Shown piece by piece: positions 29,814-40,281 of a DNA stretch of 53,307 nucleotides (position 1 is the stretch's first letter; each line of letters opens with the position of its first letter). A program made the translations under genes and the position numbers. Under the pieces are notes generated by a model, which saw only the letters and a program-made list of their open reading frames with translations, did no database searches and was not told the DNA's origin. The DNA lies in contig JAAXZZ010000060.1 of NCBI GenBank assembly GCA_012719655.1, forward strand, positions 1 through 53,307. Reading direction: 5' to 3'. Source of the stretch: Gammaproteobacteria bacterium. GTDB lineage: Bacteria > Pseudomonadota > Gammaproteobacteria > Pseudomonadales > Pseudomonadaceae.

Positions 29814-31276
29814 TGTCCTTACGTATTTTTAGCGCCAGCCTGATCAGTGCCGCATTAGTGTTTAATGCTGGTTGCAGCACTGTTACTCAGCAACCAGACC
29901 TGCAAAGCCTGGCCGCCGAGCAACGCCTTAGCAGTTTAGCTGCGCTGTCTAAGCACAGCCCTGTCACCCGCACCCTCGATATTCAAGAATGGCGCACCTC
30001 AGCGGGAACTAAAGTGCTATTTATGGCCGCACCTGAATTGCCCATGTTTGATTTGCGTGTCACTTTTGCTGCCGGCAGTAGCAAAGACCAACAGACCTAT
30101 GGCTTAGCCAGCCTCACCAGTGCCATGCTCGATGAAGGCACTGGCAACTTAGATGCCGGACAAATCGCCGCGCGCTTTGAAGACCTTGGCGCCGAATTTT
30201 CTGCGGGTTCCTACCGCGACATGGCCGTGGTCAGTTTGCGCAGTCTCAGCGATGCTAAACTCAGTACACCTGCTCTAGAGCTTTTCAGTCAGGTCGTTGC
30301 CCAACCCAGTTTCCCAGCAGCGTCATTGGCGCGCATTAAAAACCAATTATTAGCCGGTTTTGAATACGACAAACAAAACCCCGGTAAGCTCGCTTCTTTA
30401 GCTCTGTTTGAGCAGCTCTACGGTGCGCATCCATACGCACATTCAAGCTCTGGCACTGCAGACTCGGTACCCAGCATTAGCCGTCAGCAACTGCAAGAGT
30501 TTCACCGTAACTATTACACCGCAGGTAATGCACAAATTGCCCTAGTCGGTGACTTAAGCATTGCTCAAGCGAAAGCCATCAGTGAAAAAGTCTCGGCACG
30601 CTTGCCGCAAGGAAGCCCTGCAGCGGTGACGCCCGAACCCGTTAAAACAGCTGCATCCAACACGCACATTGAGTTTCCTTCCAGCCAAACCCATATTTTG
30701 CTGGCACAACTCAGCGTCAAGCGTGGCGATCCTGATTACCCTGCTTTGTTTTTAGGTAACCAGATTCTTGGCGGTGGTGGTTTTGGCACACGTCTGATGG
30801 AAGAAGTACGAGAAAAACGCGGCTTGACCTATGGTATTTACTCCAGCTTTAGCCCAATGCAAGCCAGCGGTCCTTTTATGATTAACGTACAAACCCGTGC
30901 ACAGCTCAGCCAAGCCACGCTGCAACTGGTGCAAGATTTACTGCGCGATTACCTTGAAAACGGCCCTACTGCCGCTGAACTGGCCGATGCTAAACGCGAA
31001 AGCCTCGGTAGCTTTCCGCTCACTGCTGCCAGTAATTCAGCCATTGTTGGGCAATTGGCAGCCATCGGCTTCTACGATATGCCACTGAGCTGGATGAGTG
31101 ACTTTATGCAAGAGGTGCAAGCGTTAACTGTTGAGCAGGTGCATGCAGCCTTCCAGCGACATTTGAATCCAGAGCAGTTGGTGATTGTCACGGTTGGCCC
31201 TACGGTTGAGCAATTGCCTTTGCCTGAACCGGTTGATCGCTCAACAGTCAGCACACCTGCAGGACGTCAACACTAA
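29810..31276 (+). CDS. M16 peptidase, non-catalytic partner subunit (possible lipoprotein)
   Basis: No HxxEH; RLMEEVREKRGLTY motif; NAGC lipobox-like; ATGA overlap with the upstream gene. Confidence 0.88.
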   Translation: MMSLRIFSASLISAALVFNAGCSTVTQQPDLQSLAAEQRLSSLAALSKHSPVTRTLDIQEWRTSAGTKVLFMAAPELPMFDLRVTFAAGSSKDQQTYGLASLTSAMLDEGTGNLDAGQIAARFEDLGAEFSAGSYRDMAVVSLRSLSDAKLSTPALELFSQVVAQPSFPAASLARIKNQLLAGFEYDKQNPGKLASLALFEQLYGAHPYAHSSSGTADSVPSISRQQLQEFHRNYYTAGNAQIALVGDLSIAQAKAISEKVSARLPQGSPAAVTPEPVKTAASNTHIEFPSSQTHILLAQLSVKRGDPDYPALFLGNQILGGGGFGTRLMEEVREKRGLTYGIYSSFSPMQASGPFMINVQTRAQLSQATLQLVQDLLRDYLENGPTAAELADAKRESLGSFPLTAASNSAIVGQLAAIGFYDMPLSWMSDFMQEVQALTVEQVHAAFQRHLNPEQLVIVTVGPTVEQLPLPEPVDRSTVSTPAGRQH

Positions 31277-31860
31277 TGGCTAAGCAACCTAAACATAGCA
31301 CGCGCGCCAGCTCCATACGGATCATTGGTGGAGAATGGCGCTCACGCAAATTGACCGTACCCGATGCACAAGGTTTGCGTCCCACACCTGATCGCGTCCG
31401 CGAAACGCTATTTAACTGGCTCGCACCGACCATCCAAGGCGCGCGCGTGCTTGATGTTTTTACTGGCAGTGGCGCACTGTTTCTTGAGGCATTATCGCGC
31501 GGCGCCAGCACTGGCGTGGCAATCGATGCCAACCTGGACGCCGTCAACAATCTGCGCCGCAATCTAGCGCTATTGCAAGGCGATGATGCTGAAGTGTTAC
31601 GCGCGGATAGCTTGCACTATTTAAGCAACAAGGCCGAACAAGGCTTTGATATTGTTTTGCTCGATCCGCCGTTTCACCAAGACTTACTGTTAAGCGCCTG
31701 CCAGCTGTTAGAAGACAACAACTGGCTCAATAAAGATGCATGGATTTACACCGAAAGCGAGCAAGCACCGTCCAGTCTAGGCGTGCCTAGCAGCTGGCGT
31801 TTGCACCGTGAAAAGCACACTGGACAAGTGCATTACGCGCTCTGGCAAAAAGTCTCTTGA
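31276..31860 (+). CDS. rsmD: 16S rRNA m2G966 methyltransferase
   Basis: RIIGGEWR, LRPTPDRVRETLFNWL, EALSRGA, DPPF. Confidence 0.95.
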   Translation: MAKQPKHSTRASSIRIIGGEWRSRKLTVPDAQGLRPTPDRVRETLFNWLAPTIQGARVLDVFTGSGALFLEALSRGASTGVAIDANLDAVNNLRRNLALLQGDDAEVLRADSLHYLSNKAEQGFDIVLLDPPFHQDLLLSACQLLEDNNWLNKDAWIYTESEQAPSSLGVPSSWRLHREKHTGQVHYALWQKVS

Positions 31861-31931
31861 GCCTTGCTTGCTGACTTAATCAAGCAAATCCAGTAACTTA
31901 GTCTTTTTTAATAGTGCCATCGGGGTGATGC

Positions 31932-32825
31932 GTGGAAGCTTTGAAAGGCAAGCTGGCACTGGGTGCCTTAAAACTAATTGCGGCATTACCGTGGCGTGGT
32001 GTGCAAAATCTTGGCCGTGTATTCGGTTGGCTGATGTGGACAATCCCCAACCGCTCTCGCGAAGTGGCGCGCATTAACTTGAGCCACTGTTTTCCAGAAT
32101 TGAGTGCTGAAGACATTAATCGCCTGACTGCGCGCAGCCTGCAAGGCATCGGTAAATCCTTTACCGAAAGCGCCTGCGCATGGATCTGGCCGCCCGCTAA
32201 AACCCTAGAGTATGTGCGCGAAGTTGAAGGCTTAGAAGTGCTACAAGAAGCATTAGCCAGCGGCAAAGGTGTCGTGGGCATCACCAGTCACCTTGGCAAT
32301 TGGGAAGTACTCAACCACTTTTATTGCGCGCAATGTAAGCCAATTATTTTTTACCGTCCGCCAAAATTAAAAGAGCTCGATGAACTGCTGAAAACTCAGC
32401 GCGTGCAGCAAGGTAACCGTGTAGCACCCTCAACCCGTGAAGGCATCATTAGCGTGATTAAAGAAGTGCGCAATGGTGGCTCGGTGGGTATTCCGGCCGA
32501 TCCAGAACCGAGCCTTAGCTCTGGCGAGTTCGTCCCTTTTCTTGGCACCACTGCTCTGACCAGCAAGTTTGTCGCCGGTATGCTGGGTGGCAAACAAGAT
32601 AAAGTCAGCGCCGTCTTTTTACATGCCATTCGCCGCGATGACGGCAGTTGTTTTAAAGTCGTACTCGAAGCAGCGCCCGATGACATGTACAGCACCGACA
32701 CTTACACAGCGGTCAGCGCCATGAGTCGTGTACTGGCCAGTTATGTGCAGCGCTGGCCTGATCAGTACATGTGGACCATGAAACGCTTTAAAAAGCGTCC
32801 TGCAGGTGAGAAGCGCTGGTACTAA
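31932..32825 (+). CDS. Lipid A late acyltransferase (LpxL/HtrB family)
   Basis: HLGNWE catalytic motif, PDQYMWTMKRFK. Confidence 0.88.
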   Translation: MEALKGKLALGALKLIAALPWRGVQNLGRVFGWLMWTIPNRSREVARINLSHCFPELSAEDINRLTARSLQGIGKSFTESACAWIWPPAKTLEYVREVEGLEVLQEALASGKGVVGITSHLGNWEVLNHFYCAQCKPIIFYRPPKLKELDELLKTQRVQQGNRVAPSTREGIISVIKEVRNGGSVGIPADPEPSLSSGEFVPFLGTTALTSKFVAGMLGGKQDKVSAVFLHAIRRDDGSCFKVVLEAAPDDMYSTDTYTAVSAMSRVLASYVQRWPDQYMWTMKRFKKRPAGEKRWY

Positions 32826-32911
32826 TTGGCCTACCCATCACAAGTATTGCTCTTTCGCGACAAAGCAGCTTACAGTTGGGCCCTACCGTATTTTTAAAAG
32901 AGCATCTGTCT

Positions 32912-33178
32912 ATGTCATCACATTTGCGCCAAAGCATTCGCACCAGCATGAATTGCCAAATTAAGATCTGCCATCCATCCTTTGGCGAGATTGTTGCCAC
33001 CACCGAAGACTTATCCGATGAAGGGGTATTTATTAAACACCCCGATATGATCAAGCTTAAAAAAGGCGACATTGTTACTGGCCAGGTGCAAGATTTGCCT
33101 ATTGAAGCGCCCATCTTAAAAATGGAAATTATGCGCATCACCCGCTCAGGCGCAGGGCTACGGTTTTGCCGAGATTAA
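32912..33178 (+). CDS. Single-domain PilZ protein
   Basis: RQSIR (RxxxR) and DLSDEG (DxSxxG), C-terminal GLRF. Confidence 0.85.
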   Translation: MSSHLRQSIRTSMNCQIKICHPSFGEIVATTEDLSDEGVFIKHPDMIKLKKGDIVTGQVQDLPIEAPILKMEIMRITRSGAGLRFCRD

Positions 33179-33240
33179 GCTTAACCCTCAGGCATTAAGC
33201 CCGATTCACTACAAGCTGAACGCAGCAGGCTTAATTGCCC

Positions 33241-34350
33241 CTAAGCGGTTAAGCTGCGACGAAAACGCGCCAAGGCCACCAAGAAGAACACTGTACCAAT
33301 CGCTGTCAACGCCAGCATTTCCGGCCAAACCAAGTCAACCCCTGCCCCTCTAAACAAAATCGCCGTCGACAAGCTGACAAAATGTGTGGTCGGCGAAAAC
33401 TGCATCACCATCTGTAACCACTGTGGCATGCTATCGAGCGGAGTAGTGCCTCCCGATAACAGCAACATTGGCATCAACACCGGGATCGCCAAGAGTCCAA
33501 ACTGTGGAATTGAGCGCGCCATCGTGGTTAAGAACACCGCCAGCGCCGTACTGGCAAACAAATACAGTCCAGTGACAAACAGATACAGCAGCATTGAGCC
33601 AGCTAACGGCACACCAAGCGCTTTTTTAACAATCAACTCAAGCGACAACCAAGTGCAAAACACCACCACCAAGACGCTCGTCCATACTTTCGCTAGCATG
33701 ATTTCAAAGGCCGTTAACGGCAGCACCAGTAAGTGCTCTAAAGTGCCGTGCTCACGCTCACGCAACAGTGCGGTACCGGTCAATAAAATAGCGAGAATGG
33801 TGACGTTATTAATGATCTGAATAATCGCCAGAAACCAACCGCTTTGCATATTGCTATTAAACAAGGCACGGGTTGTCAGCTTAATCGGCGGCTCGCTCAC
33901 TGCGCCACTTAATTGCTGCAGCTCGCGCTGAAAAATACGCCCCATATAGCCAGCTCCCATAAAAGCTTGGCTCATCGCTGTGGCATCCACATTGACTTGC
34001 AGTTCAGGCTGCTTACCGGCCATTAAGTCGGCTTGAAAATCCACCGGCACATTAATCACGAAGGTGTAGCGGCCACTGTCGAGCACTTCATCAACGTGCG
34101 CATAAGGTATCAGCACTGGGGTTTGAAACTGTGGTGGCCGTAAGACATCAGCCAGTTGGCGTGACAGGCGACTGTTATCTTCGTCGACAATCGCGACGCT
34201 GGCATTGTGTACACCAATGGATGAGCCAGAGGCTGGCATATAAATGGCTGCACTAAAGGCATACAGCATAAACAACAGCAAGACCGAGTCATAACGCAGA
34301 CTGATCAGCTCTTTGATGCCTAAGCGAAAGATGTGAGATAACGTTTGCAT
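33241..34350 (-). CDS. yhhJ: ABC-2 permease YhhJ-like
   Basis: REREHGTLEHLLVLP, LSGGTTPLDSMP; follows rbbA. Confidence 0.85.
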   Translation of the reverse strand: MQTLSHIFRLGIKELISLRYDSVLLLFMLYAFSAAIYMPASGSSIGVHNASVAIVDEDNSRLSRQLADVLRPPQFQTPVLIPYAHVDEVLDSGRYTFVINVPVDFQADLMAGKQPELQVNVDATAMSQAFMGAGYMGRIFQRELQQLSGAVSEPPIKLTTRALFNSNMQSGWFLAIIQIINNVTILAILLTGTALLREREHGTLEHLLVLPLTAFEIMLAKVWTSVLVVVFCTWLSLELIVKKALGVPLAGSMLLYLFVTGLYLFASTALAVFLTTMARSIPQFGLLAIPVLMPMLLLSGGTTPLDSMPQWLQMVMQFSPTTHFVSLSTAILFRGAGVDLVWPEMLALTAIGTVFFLVALARFRRSLTA

Positions 34351-34353
34351 GAC

Positions 34354-37074
34354 TTAGGCTTCCTGCTTTTTCAAAAGAACCAGACTCAAGCCAGTAAAGC
34401 CTAAGAAGAATCCAAGCAAGGCTAAACACTGCGGCCACAGATCGCGTACATTCAACGCCTTAGTGAAGGTGCCCACTGCGATATCCAAAAAATAGCCGGC
34501 TGGGAATAACACACCCATCAGCGCCGCACCACCATCTAGCGAAGAGCGCGGTGTAATCAGGCCAGAAAACTGCACTGTCGGTAAAGTGGTCAAAATCATC
34601 GTGCCTAAAATCGCTGCAATTTGCGTTTTTGTCACCGTTGAAACCAATAAGCCAAAGCTGGTGGTCGCCAATACATAGAGCACCCCCCCCACAGCTAAAG
34701 CAATACCGCTGCCTTTGAGTGGCACAGCAAACAACCAACGGTTAATCGCCACCAGCAAGGCAAGATTGAGCAGACTGACCAACAAGTAAGGTATTTGTTT
34801 ACCCAATAAAAATTCTAAGCGAGTCAAAGGCGTGGCATAAAAGTTGGTGATAGAACCCAGCTCTTTTTCACGTACCACGCCCAAAGCGGTCAACATCGCT
34901 GGGATAAACACCAAAATCAACGCCATCACGCCAGGACCTATGGCATTGACACTGATCACATCTTGATTATAGCGAAAGCGTGTTTCTAAACGTGCGGGCT
35001 GGGCTAAAGGCGAGACGGCAGCGCTGCTTTCATCACGCAGTCGCTGCAAGCTTTCTTGGTGCACAGCTTCGACATAGCCACGGCTGGTTTCCGCGCGAAA
35101 CGGTAAGCCACCGTCCAGCCAAATACCCACTTCAGGTTGCCGTTGCGCATACAAGTCGCGGCCAAATCCCGCAGGGATCTCAATTGCTAATTTAATGTCG
35201 GCACGTTGTAAACGCGCATGCAAGTCCTGCATATTCTCTAAAGGTTCACGCTCGGCAAAATAGCGTGAGCCACGGAACGCCTCTAAATAAGCACGGCTCT
35301 GCGGGCTTTGGTCCTGATCAAGGGTAGCAAAAGCTAAGTCTTCAACATCTAAAGAAATACCAAAACCTAAAATGATCATCATAAAAACTGCGCCGATCAA
35401 GGCAAAGGCTAGAAGCACATGGTCACGCAGCAATTCTTTACTTTCACGCACCGCCAAAGCTTGAGTGCGCCGCAAACTAAAGCCCCGGCGCGGAATACTG
35501 GTTAGCGCTTCGCTGGCGGTGCTGTGTGACTCATGCGGCTCAGCACTGAATCCTTGCGCCTCTTGCAAACAGGCCACAAAGGCATCTTCAAGGGTCTCGC
35601 CAGCATACTGCTGTTGTAACTGCGCTGGCGTGCCTACCGCTAACACTTTGGCCGCATGCATCAAAGAAATACGGTCACAACGCTCGGCTTCATTCATAAA
35701 GTGGGTGGATAAGAAAATCGTCACCCCTTGCTCGCGCGATAACTCAAATAACAATCGCCAAAAATCATCTCGCGCAGCTGGGTCAACGCCTGAAGTGGGC
35801 TCATCAAGGATTAACACTTCCGGCTCATGAATTACGGCCACCGCTAAAGATAGTCGCTGACGCAAACCTAAGGGCAAAGCACCTGCTTGCTCGTTGCTGT
35901 AATCACCTAGCTCGAAGCGCTTAATCAACGCTTGCGCGCGCTCAGCCGCCACGGCTTTAGGGATATCAAATAAGTGTGCATGTAACTCAAGATTTTGCCG
36001 TACTGTCAGCTCGCCATACAGAGAAAAACTTTGCGACATAAAGCCAACACGTTTGCGCGTGGCCAAATCATTGGCATCCACAGGTTTACCGAGCAGCCAA
36101 GCCTCACCTTCTGTGGTTGGCAGCAATCCGGTCAACACCTTCATAGTGGTGGTTTTGCCACAACCATTGGAGCCTAAAAAACCAAAAATCTCGCCACGTT
36201 TAATCTCAAAACTAACGTGATTGACCGCAGTAAAATCGCCAAACCGCAAGGTCAAATCAGTGGCTTTAATGACGATCTCCTGCTGATCGCGCGCAAACGG
36301 GGTGAGCTGTAGCGGTTCAACCTGAACTGCACCAGCTCCTTGATAATGGGTAAAAGCCTGATCAAGCTTACCGCTAGGCGTTACGGCTGCGAGCTCTTGA
36401 GTTAAACCTGAGGCAATCAAGCGGCCGCGATCCATCATCAAGCATTGTTCAAATTGCTCAGCCTCCTCCATATAAGCAGTAGCAACCAACAAAGTTAAAT
36501 GAGGGCGGTCAGCACGCACTTTCTCAATCAAATCCCAAAAGTGTCGACGTGCTAAGGGATCAACCCCCGTCGTCGGCTCATCAAGAATCAATAAATCGGG
36601 GTCATGAATCAACGCGCAACACAAACCCAGCTTTTGCTTCATACCACCTGACAGTTTACCAGCAGGGCGGTCGGCAAAATCAGCCAAATCGGTTGCCGCT
36701 AACAGACTGGCCATGCGCACTTCACGCTCTGCTCGACGCAAGCCAAATAAGGCGGCAAAAAAACGGATATTTTCTTTGACCGACAAATCAGGGTAAAGGT
36801 TGTGCCCTAAACCTTGCGGCATAAAAGCAATGCGTTGATACAAGGTTGAGCGATGACGACGCTGATCAATTGGGCCACCTAAAACCTGCAACGCACCTTG
36901 CTGAAGGATTTTCACCCCAGAGATCAAAGCGAGTAAGCTGGATTTGCCAGCACCATCAGGTCCAATCAAGCCACAGCGACTGCCCACTGGCAAACTAAAG
37001 CTGACTTCTTGCAGCGCCTGTTGCTTGCCATAGCGGTGCGAAATACTGACTGCCTTGATTGCTTCTGTGCTCAT
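34354..37074 (-). CDS. rbbA: RbbA: two ABC ATPase domains fused to an ABC-2 permease
   Basis: GPDGAGKS, LSGGMKQK, GSNGCGKT, REKELGSITNFY. Confidence 0.9.
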   Translation of the reverse strand: MSTEAIKAVSISHRYGKQQALQEVSFSLPVGSRCGLIGPDGAGKSSLLALISGVKILQQGALQVLGGPIDQRRHRSTLYQRIAFMPQGLGHNLYPDLSVKENIRFFAALFGLRRAEREVRMASLLAATDLADFADRPAGKLSGGMKQKLGLCCALIHDPDLLILDEPTTGVDPLARRHFWDLIEKVRADRPHLTLLVATAYMEEAEQFEQCLMMDRGRLIASGLTQELAAVTPSGKLDQAFTHYQGAGAVQVEPLQLTPFARDQQEIVIKATDLTLRFGDFTAVNHVSFEIKRGEIFGFLGSNGCGKTTTMKVLTGLLPTTEGEAWLLGKPVDANDLATRKRVGFMSQSFSLYGELTVRQNLELHAHLFDIPKAVAAERAQALIKRFELGDYSNEQAGALPLGLRQRLSLAVAVIHEPEVLILDEPTSGVDPAARDDFWRLLFELSREQGVTIFLSTHFMNEAERCDRISLMHAAKVLAVGTPAQLQQQYAGETLEDAFVACLQEAQGFSAEPHESHSTASEALTSIPRRGFSLRRTQALAVRESKELLRDHVLLAFALIGAVFMMIILGFGISLDVEDLAFATLDQDQSPQSRAYLEAFRGSRYFAEREPLENMQDLHARLQRADIKLAIEIPAGFGRDLYAQRQPEVGIWLDGGLPFRAETSRGYVEAVHQESLQRLRDESSAAVSPLAQPARLETRFRYNQDVISVNAIGPGVMALILVFIPAMLTALGVVREKELGSITNFYATPLTRLEFLLGKQIPYLLVSLLNLALLVAINRWLFAVPLKGSGIALAVGGVLYVLATTSFGLLVSTVTKTQIAAILGTMILTTLPTVQFSGLITPRSSLDGGAALMGVLFPAGYFLDIAVGTFTKALNVRDLWPQCLALLGFFLGFTGLSLVLLKKQEA

Positions 37075-37107
37075 CTTTTACCTAACGCCCTAATCCGTTT
37101 TCGTCGA

Positions 37108-37139
37108 CGACAGTGCTCGGGTAACGCTGAGCACTGTCG
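37108..37139. other. Intergenic hairpin between yhiI and rbbA
   Basis: cgacagtgctc/gagcactgtcg 11-bp perfect stem. Confidence 0.5.
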
Positions 37140-37188
37140 CTTCAATGCATAACTCGCCGGCCAACACACTCAACACAGCGAAGCAGTC

Positions 37189-38157
37189 TTACTGCATCGA
37201 CTCCGGCCAACTGACATCCGCGCTATGGCGTACGTAGGCCGAGCCTGGCATGCCCGGCTTAGCCTGTGGCACAGCAGCAGGATCGGTGAGGCGCAATTTC
37301 ACCCGAAACACGAGCTTCTGGCGTTCATCGCGGGTTTCAACTTCTTTGGGGGTGAACTGAGCTTTGGCGGCAACAAACGCAACATGTGCAGGTAAGGGTT
37401 GCTCAGGTAAAGCATCTAAGACAATCCGCGCTTCATCACCAGTGGCTAAGCGCCCAGCTAAAGCCGACGGCAAATACACATTCATGTATTGATCAGAGGG
37501 ATCAATCAATAAAAACACCCGACCACCAGCACCCAGTACTTCACCAGGCTCTGCCAAACGCAATTGCACAACAGCGTCCATTGGTGCGCGCAAACTGCTG
37601 TCATCAATCTCACTGGTCAATTGTGCCACCATCGCTTCAGCTGCAGTAATCGACGCTTGCGCCGCCTGCACTTGTGCTTTCGCTGCCTCTAGTGCTGCCG
37701 AAGAGGTATCAAAGCGCGCCTGCTGCTGATCAATTTGCTGGCCGCTGGCATGGCCACGCTCAAAAAGCTCACGAAAACGTTTGAGGTCTTGCTGAGCCAA
37801 ACGGCGTTCACTCTCACGCAAATGCACTGTCGCTTGAGCGGCGACAACATTTTCACGGGCACGCAATACTTCTGACTGTGCTTGATTACGCTGCGCCTCT
37901 AAAGTGCGTGTGTCCATACGTGCAAGCAACTGCCCAGTACTGACACGGTCGCCTTCAGCCACTAACACTTGCGCTAGACGACCTGGGTGTTTAGTCGCTA
38001 CTTGCACTTCTGTTGCCTCTAAACGACCGTTAGCCTCGTGAATGCCTTCAGGCAGGCGATCTTGTAACGACTTCCAATAACCAAAGCCACCCGCTGCAAC
38101 TAAAGCCAGCAACAAAGGTGCAATAAATAAACGAGAAGGACTTTTATGTGTCGGCAT
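37189..38157 (-). CDS. yhiI: HlyD family membrane fusion protein
   Basis: NGRLEATEV, coiled coil, AQFTPKEVETRDER, KPGMPG; start ATG 38157 after AGGAG. Confidence 0.85.
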   Translation of the reverse strand: MPTHKSPSRLFIAPLLLALVAAGGFGYWKSLQDRLPEGIHEANGRLEATEVQVATKHPGRLAQVLVAEGDRVSTGQLLARMDTRTLEAQRNQAQSEVLRARENVVAAQATVHLRESERRLAQQDLKRFRELFERGHASGQQIDQQQARFDTSSAALEAAKAQVQAAQASITAAEAMVAQLTSEIDDSSLRAPMDAVVQLRLAEPGEVLGAGGRVFLLIDPSDQYMNVYLPSALAGRLATGDEARIVLDALPEQPLPAHVAFVAAKAQFTPKEVETRDERQKLVFRVKLRLTDPAAVPQAKPGMPGSAYVRHSADVSWPESMQ

Positions 38158-38541
38158 GCTGGCTCCTAGCAAGTAAAAAATAATGCAACACACAATCTCT
38201 GCGCGTCACTGACTTATAAAATAAACTCAAACTCAAACAGATAGCTCAGCGCCATATCACCATTCAAGCTTTTGCAATCCCCATTAAGCATAGGGTCATT
38301 GTACCCTCTGCAATGTACTCGTCTAGCCAATCGCGCAGCAATGAAGGGGGAAAAGATTGATCTAGACAGCCTCAATACAGTTTTAGAGAAAATACAAAAT
38401 AAAATTGAACTTTAGTTAAAAACAACAATCAGTGCTTGCTAAGCTGGAGTTATACTTAGTTCGTTGACATCAATAAAACTGTGGCCAAAAACTTGCAACA
38501 CAGCGAGTATTGTCAAGCAGTTTGCCGAAAGGACGGCAGCG

Positions 38542-38709
38542 ATGAAGAGAAAACCTGATTTACTGTGGATTTTAGCAATTATATTTGGTCTTGGTGTGAT
38601 CACCACCGGCTACACACAAAGCCTATGGGAGCGCTCGGCCCATTACACAACGCCCGCCTCTGATCAAATGCAAACTAGCGTGCTACCACAGACCAACCCA
38701 GATCAGTAA
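38542..38709 (+). CDS. Small single-TM hypothetical protein (55 aa)
   Basis: AAGGA then MKRKPDLLWILAIIFGLGVITTGYTQSLW; resembles a small Pseudomonas protein I recall at this locus. Confidence 0.65.
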   Translation: MKRKPDLLWILAIIFGLGVITTGYTQSLWERSAHYTTPASDQMQTSVLPQTNPDQ

Positions 38710-39283
38710 CCACCGCATGTAACGGCACATCCCAAGACGCCACTGGCAACTGCTCCACCTGCTGACACGCATGTGCTAAACCAATGCGTTGCGGTGTAGT
38801 TAAGTGATTACGCTGATGCAACTGGGCAAAACAGCGATCATAAAAGCCACCGCCCATGCCGAGCCGCCCGCCCTGTTGATCAAAGCCTACCAGCGGTAAG
38901 AAGACCGCATCCAAAGCCCATATTGAGCGCTGATCGGCTACGCACCAACGGGGCTGCAAAATACCAAAACGATTTTTTTCCCACTGCTGAATCGGCCGTA
39001 CGCGCTGAAAGACCATTGTAGTTTTTGGCCAGCGCGCTAAAACCGGCAAATACACATGCTTGCCGCGTCGCCAAGCCTCGCGCATGAGCAAAGCAGGGTC
39101 AATTTCACCATCACTGGCAAGATAGAAAGCAACATGTTGCGCACGACGAAAAAGCTGATGTTGAGCCAATTGTTGGTACAACTGCTGCGCCGCTTGGATT
39201 TGCTGAGAGGAAGATAAACTGCGTCGCTTGCTACGTAATAATTTGCGTAACTGGACTCGATTCAAATCGGTATTGCCATGCAT
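38675..39283 (-). CDS. fau: 5-formyltetrahydrofolate cyclo-ligase
   Basis: PLVGFD, RLGMGGGFYDR, WDVPL; downstream of 6S RNA; start moved out of the RNA gene. Confidence 0.92.
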   Translation of the reverse strand: MHGNTDLNRVQLRKLLRSKRRSLSSSQQIQAAQQLYQQLAQHQLFRRAQHVAFYLASDGEIDPALLMREAWRRGKHVYLPVLARWPKTTMVFQRVRPIQQWEKNRFGILQPRWCVADQRSIWALDAVFLPLVGFDQQGGRLGMGGGFYDRCFAQLHQRNHLTTPQRIGLAHACQQVEQLPVASWDVPLHAVVTDLGWSVVAR

Positions 39284-39292
39284 CACAAAAGG

Positions 39293-39469
39293 ACTCCCCG
39301 GATGTGTCGCTGTCGACATAGCCCTTGAACCCGAAAGTTCAAGGTGGAGATTACGTCAGATCTTTAGGCTTTCCGCAAGCGGACATGCTCACCAATCTAA
39401 AAATGTAACCTCCGGGTTGGTGTGAATCGGCTCAGGGACGCAGTCCACTGGCGCACACTCTAGGGAGAC
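39293..39469 (-). ncRNA. ssrS: 6S RNA
   Basis: 5' gtctccctagagtgtgcgccagtgg...tccctgagccga; ccttgaac/gttcaagg hairpin; complementary ends; between zapA and fau; TATACT -10 at 39476-39481. Confidence 0.93.
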
Positions 39470-39510
39470 GCTTTTAGTATACACGGATCTTTGCGAGGCT
39501 CAAGCACGGG

Positions 39511-39807
39511 TCATTCGCTGGCATCTAAAGTTTCTTGGACACGACTGACTAACTGCTGAATTTGCGCGGTATCAGCTGTGGAAAACATATCATTGCGCTG
39601 CTGATTGTGCAGTTCATGGGTGATATTTAACGCCGCCATCACAGCAATGCGCTCAGCACCAATGACTTTGCCAGCACGACGAATTTCACGCATTTTTTTA
39701 TCCAAGTATTCGGCGGCCCGCTCAAGGTTAGTACTTTCGGCAACTGGGCAAGCAATATGATATTCCTTATCTAAAATACGCACAGTTACCGTCTGCAATT
39801 GAGTCAT
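39511..39807 (-). CDS. zapA: Cell division protein ZapA
   Basis: VRILDKEYHIACP, ERIAVMAALNI. Confidence 0.93.
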   Translation of the reverse strand: MTQLQTVTVRILDKEYHIACPVAESTNLERAAEYLDKKMREIRRAGKVIGAERIAVMAALNITHELHNQQRNDMFSTADTAQIQQLVSRVQETLDASE

Positions 39808-39992
39808 GAGTCCTGCTCCAATGCTTTGAGTCGAGAAATCATAGCTTCGACTTTTTGCCGAGCTACTTCATTTTTTTCTATGAGCTGCCCACGCTCGACA
39901 CGCAAGGCTTTATTTTGCGCTTTAAGTTCAGCGTTACGTTGAATCAGTTGCTCAACGACCTGCACCAAGGCTTGCAAATCAGTACTTTTCAC
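39804..39992 (-). CDS. TIGR02449 family ZapB-like coiled-coil protein
   Basis: ERGQLIEKNEVARQKVEAMISRLKALEQ; GTG start after GGAGG. Confidence 0.85.
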   Translation of the reverse strand: MKSTDLQALVQVVEQLIQRNAELKAQNKALRVERGQLIEKNEVARQKVEAMISRLKALEQDS

Positions 39993-40281
39993 TAGCCCTC
40001 CAGGCATTCTTGCGTCAATCATATCAGAAAGCCACTATAGTTATTATTCTAGCGCTCACCTGCCGTGGCGCACAGTGTTATAAAGCCCATCTAAGAAATA
40101 AATGTACACAACAGCATTGAACTTAAATTGTTGCACTGCCCAGCATTAAAAAAGCTAAGAAAAATGATCGATAGGCTGCAAATATCACTGTTTAGCAGCA
40201 TACTGAACAACACGATATACTGCATTCATTGCATAACCGACCACTAAAGTCACTTACCAGTTCCATTATTTCGGATTTTTC

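Noticed and set aside
32912-33178. PilZ protein as the dedicated effector of the cyclase operon
   Set aside because: 10 kb away in a core-type neighbourhood; nothing in the sequence links them.
38464-38477. ttgacatcaataaa as an Anr/FNR box
   Set aside because: Two mismatches to TTGAT-N4-ATCAA and equally readable as a -35 element.
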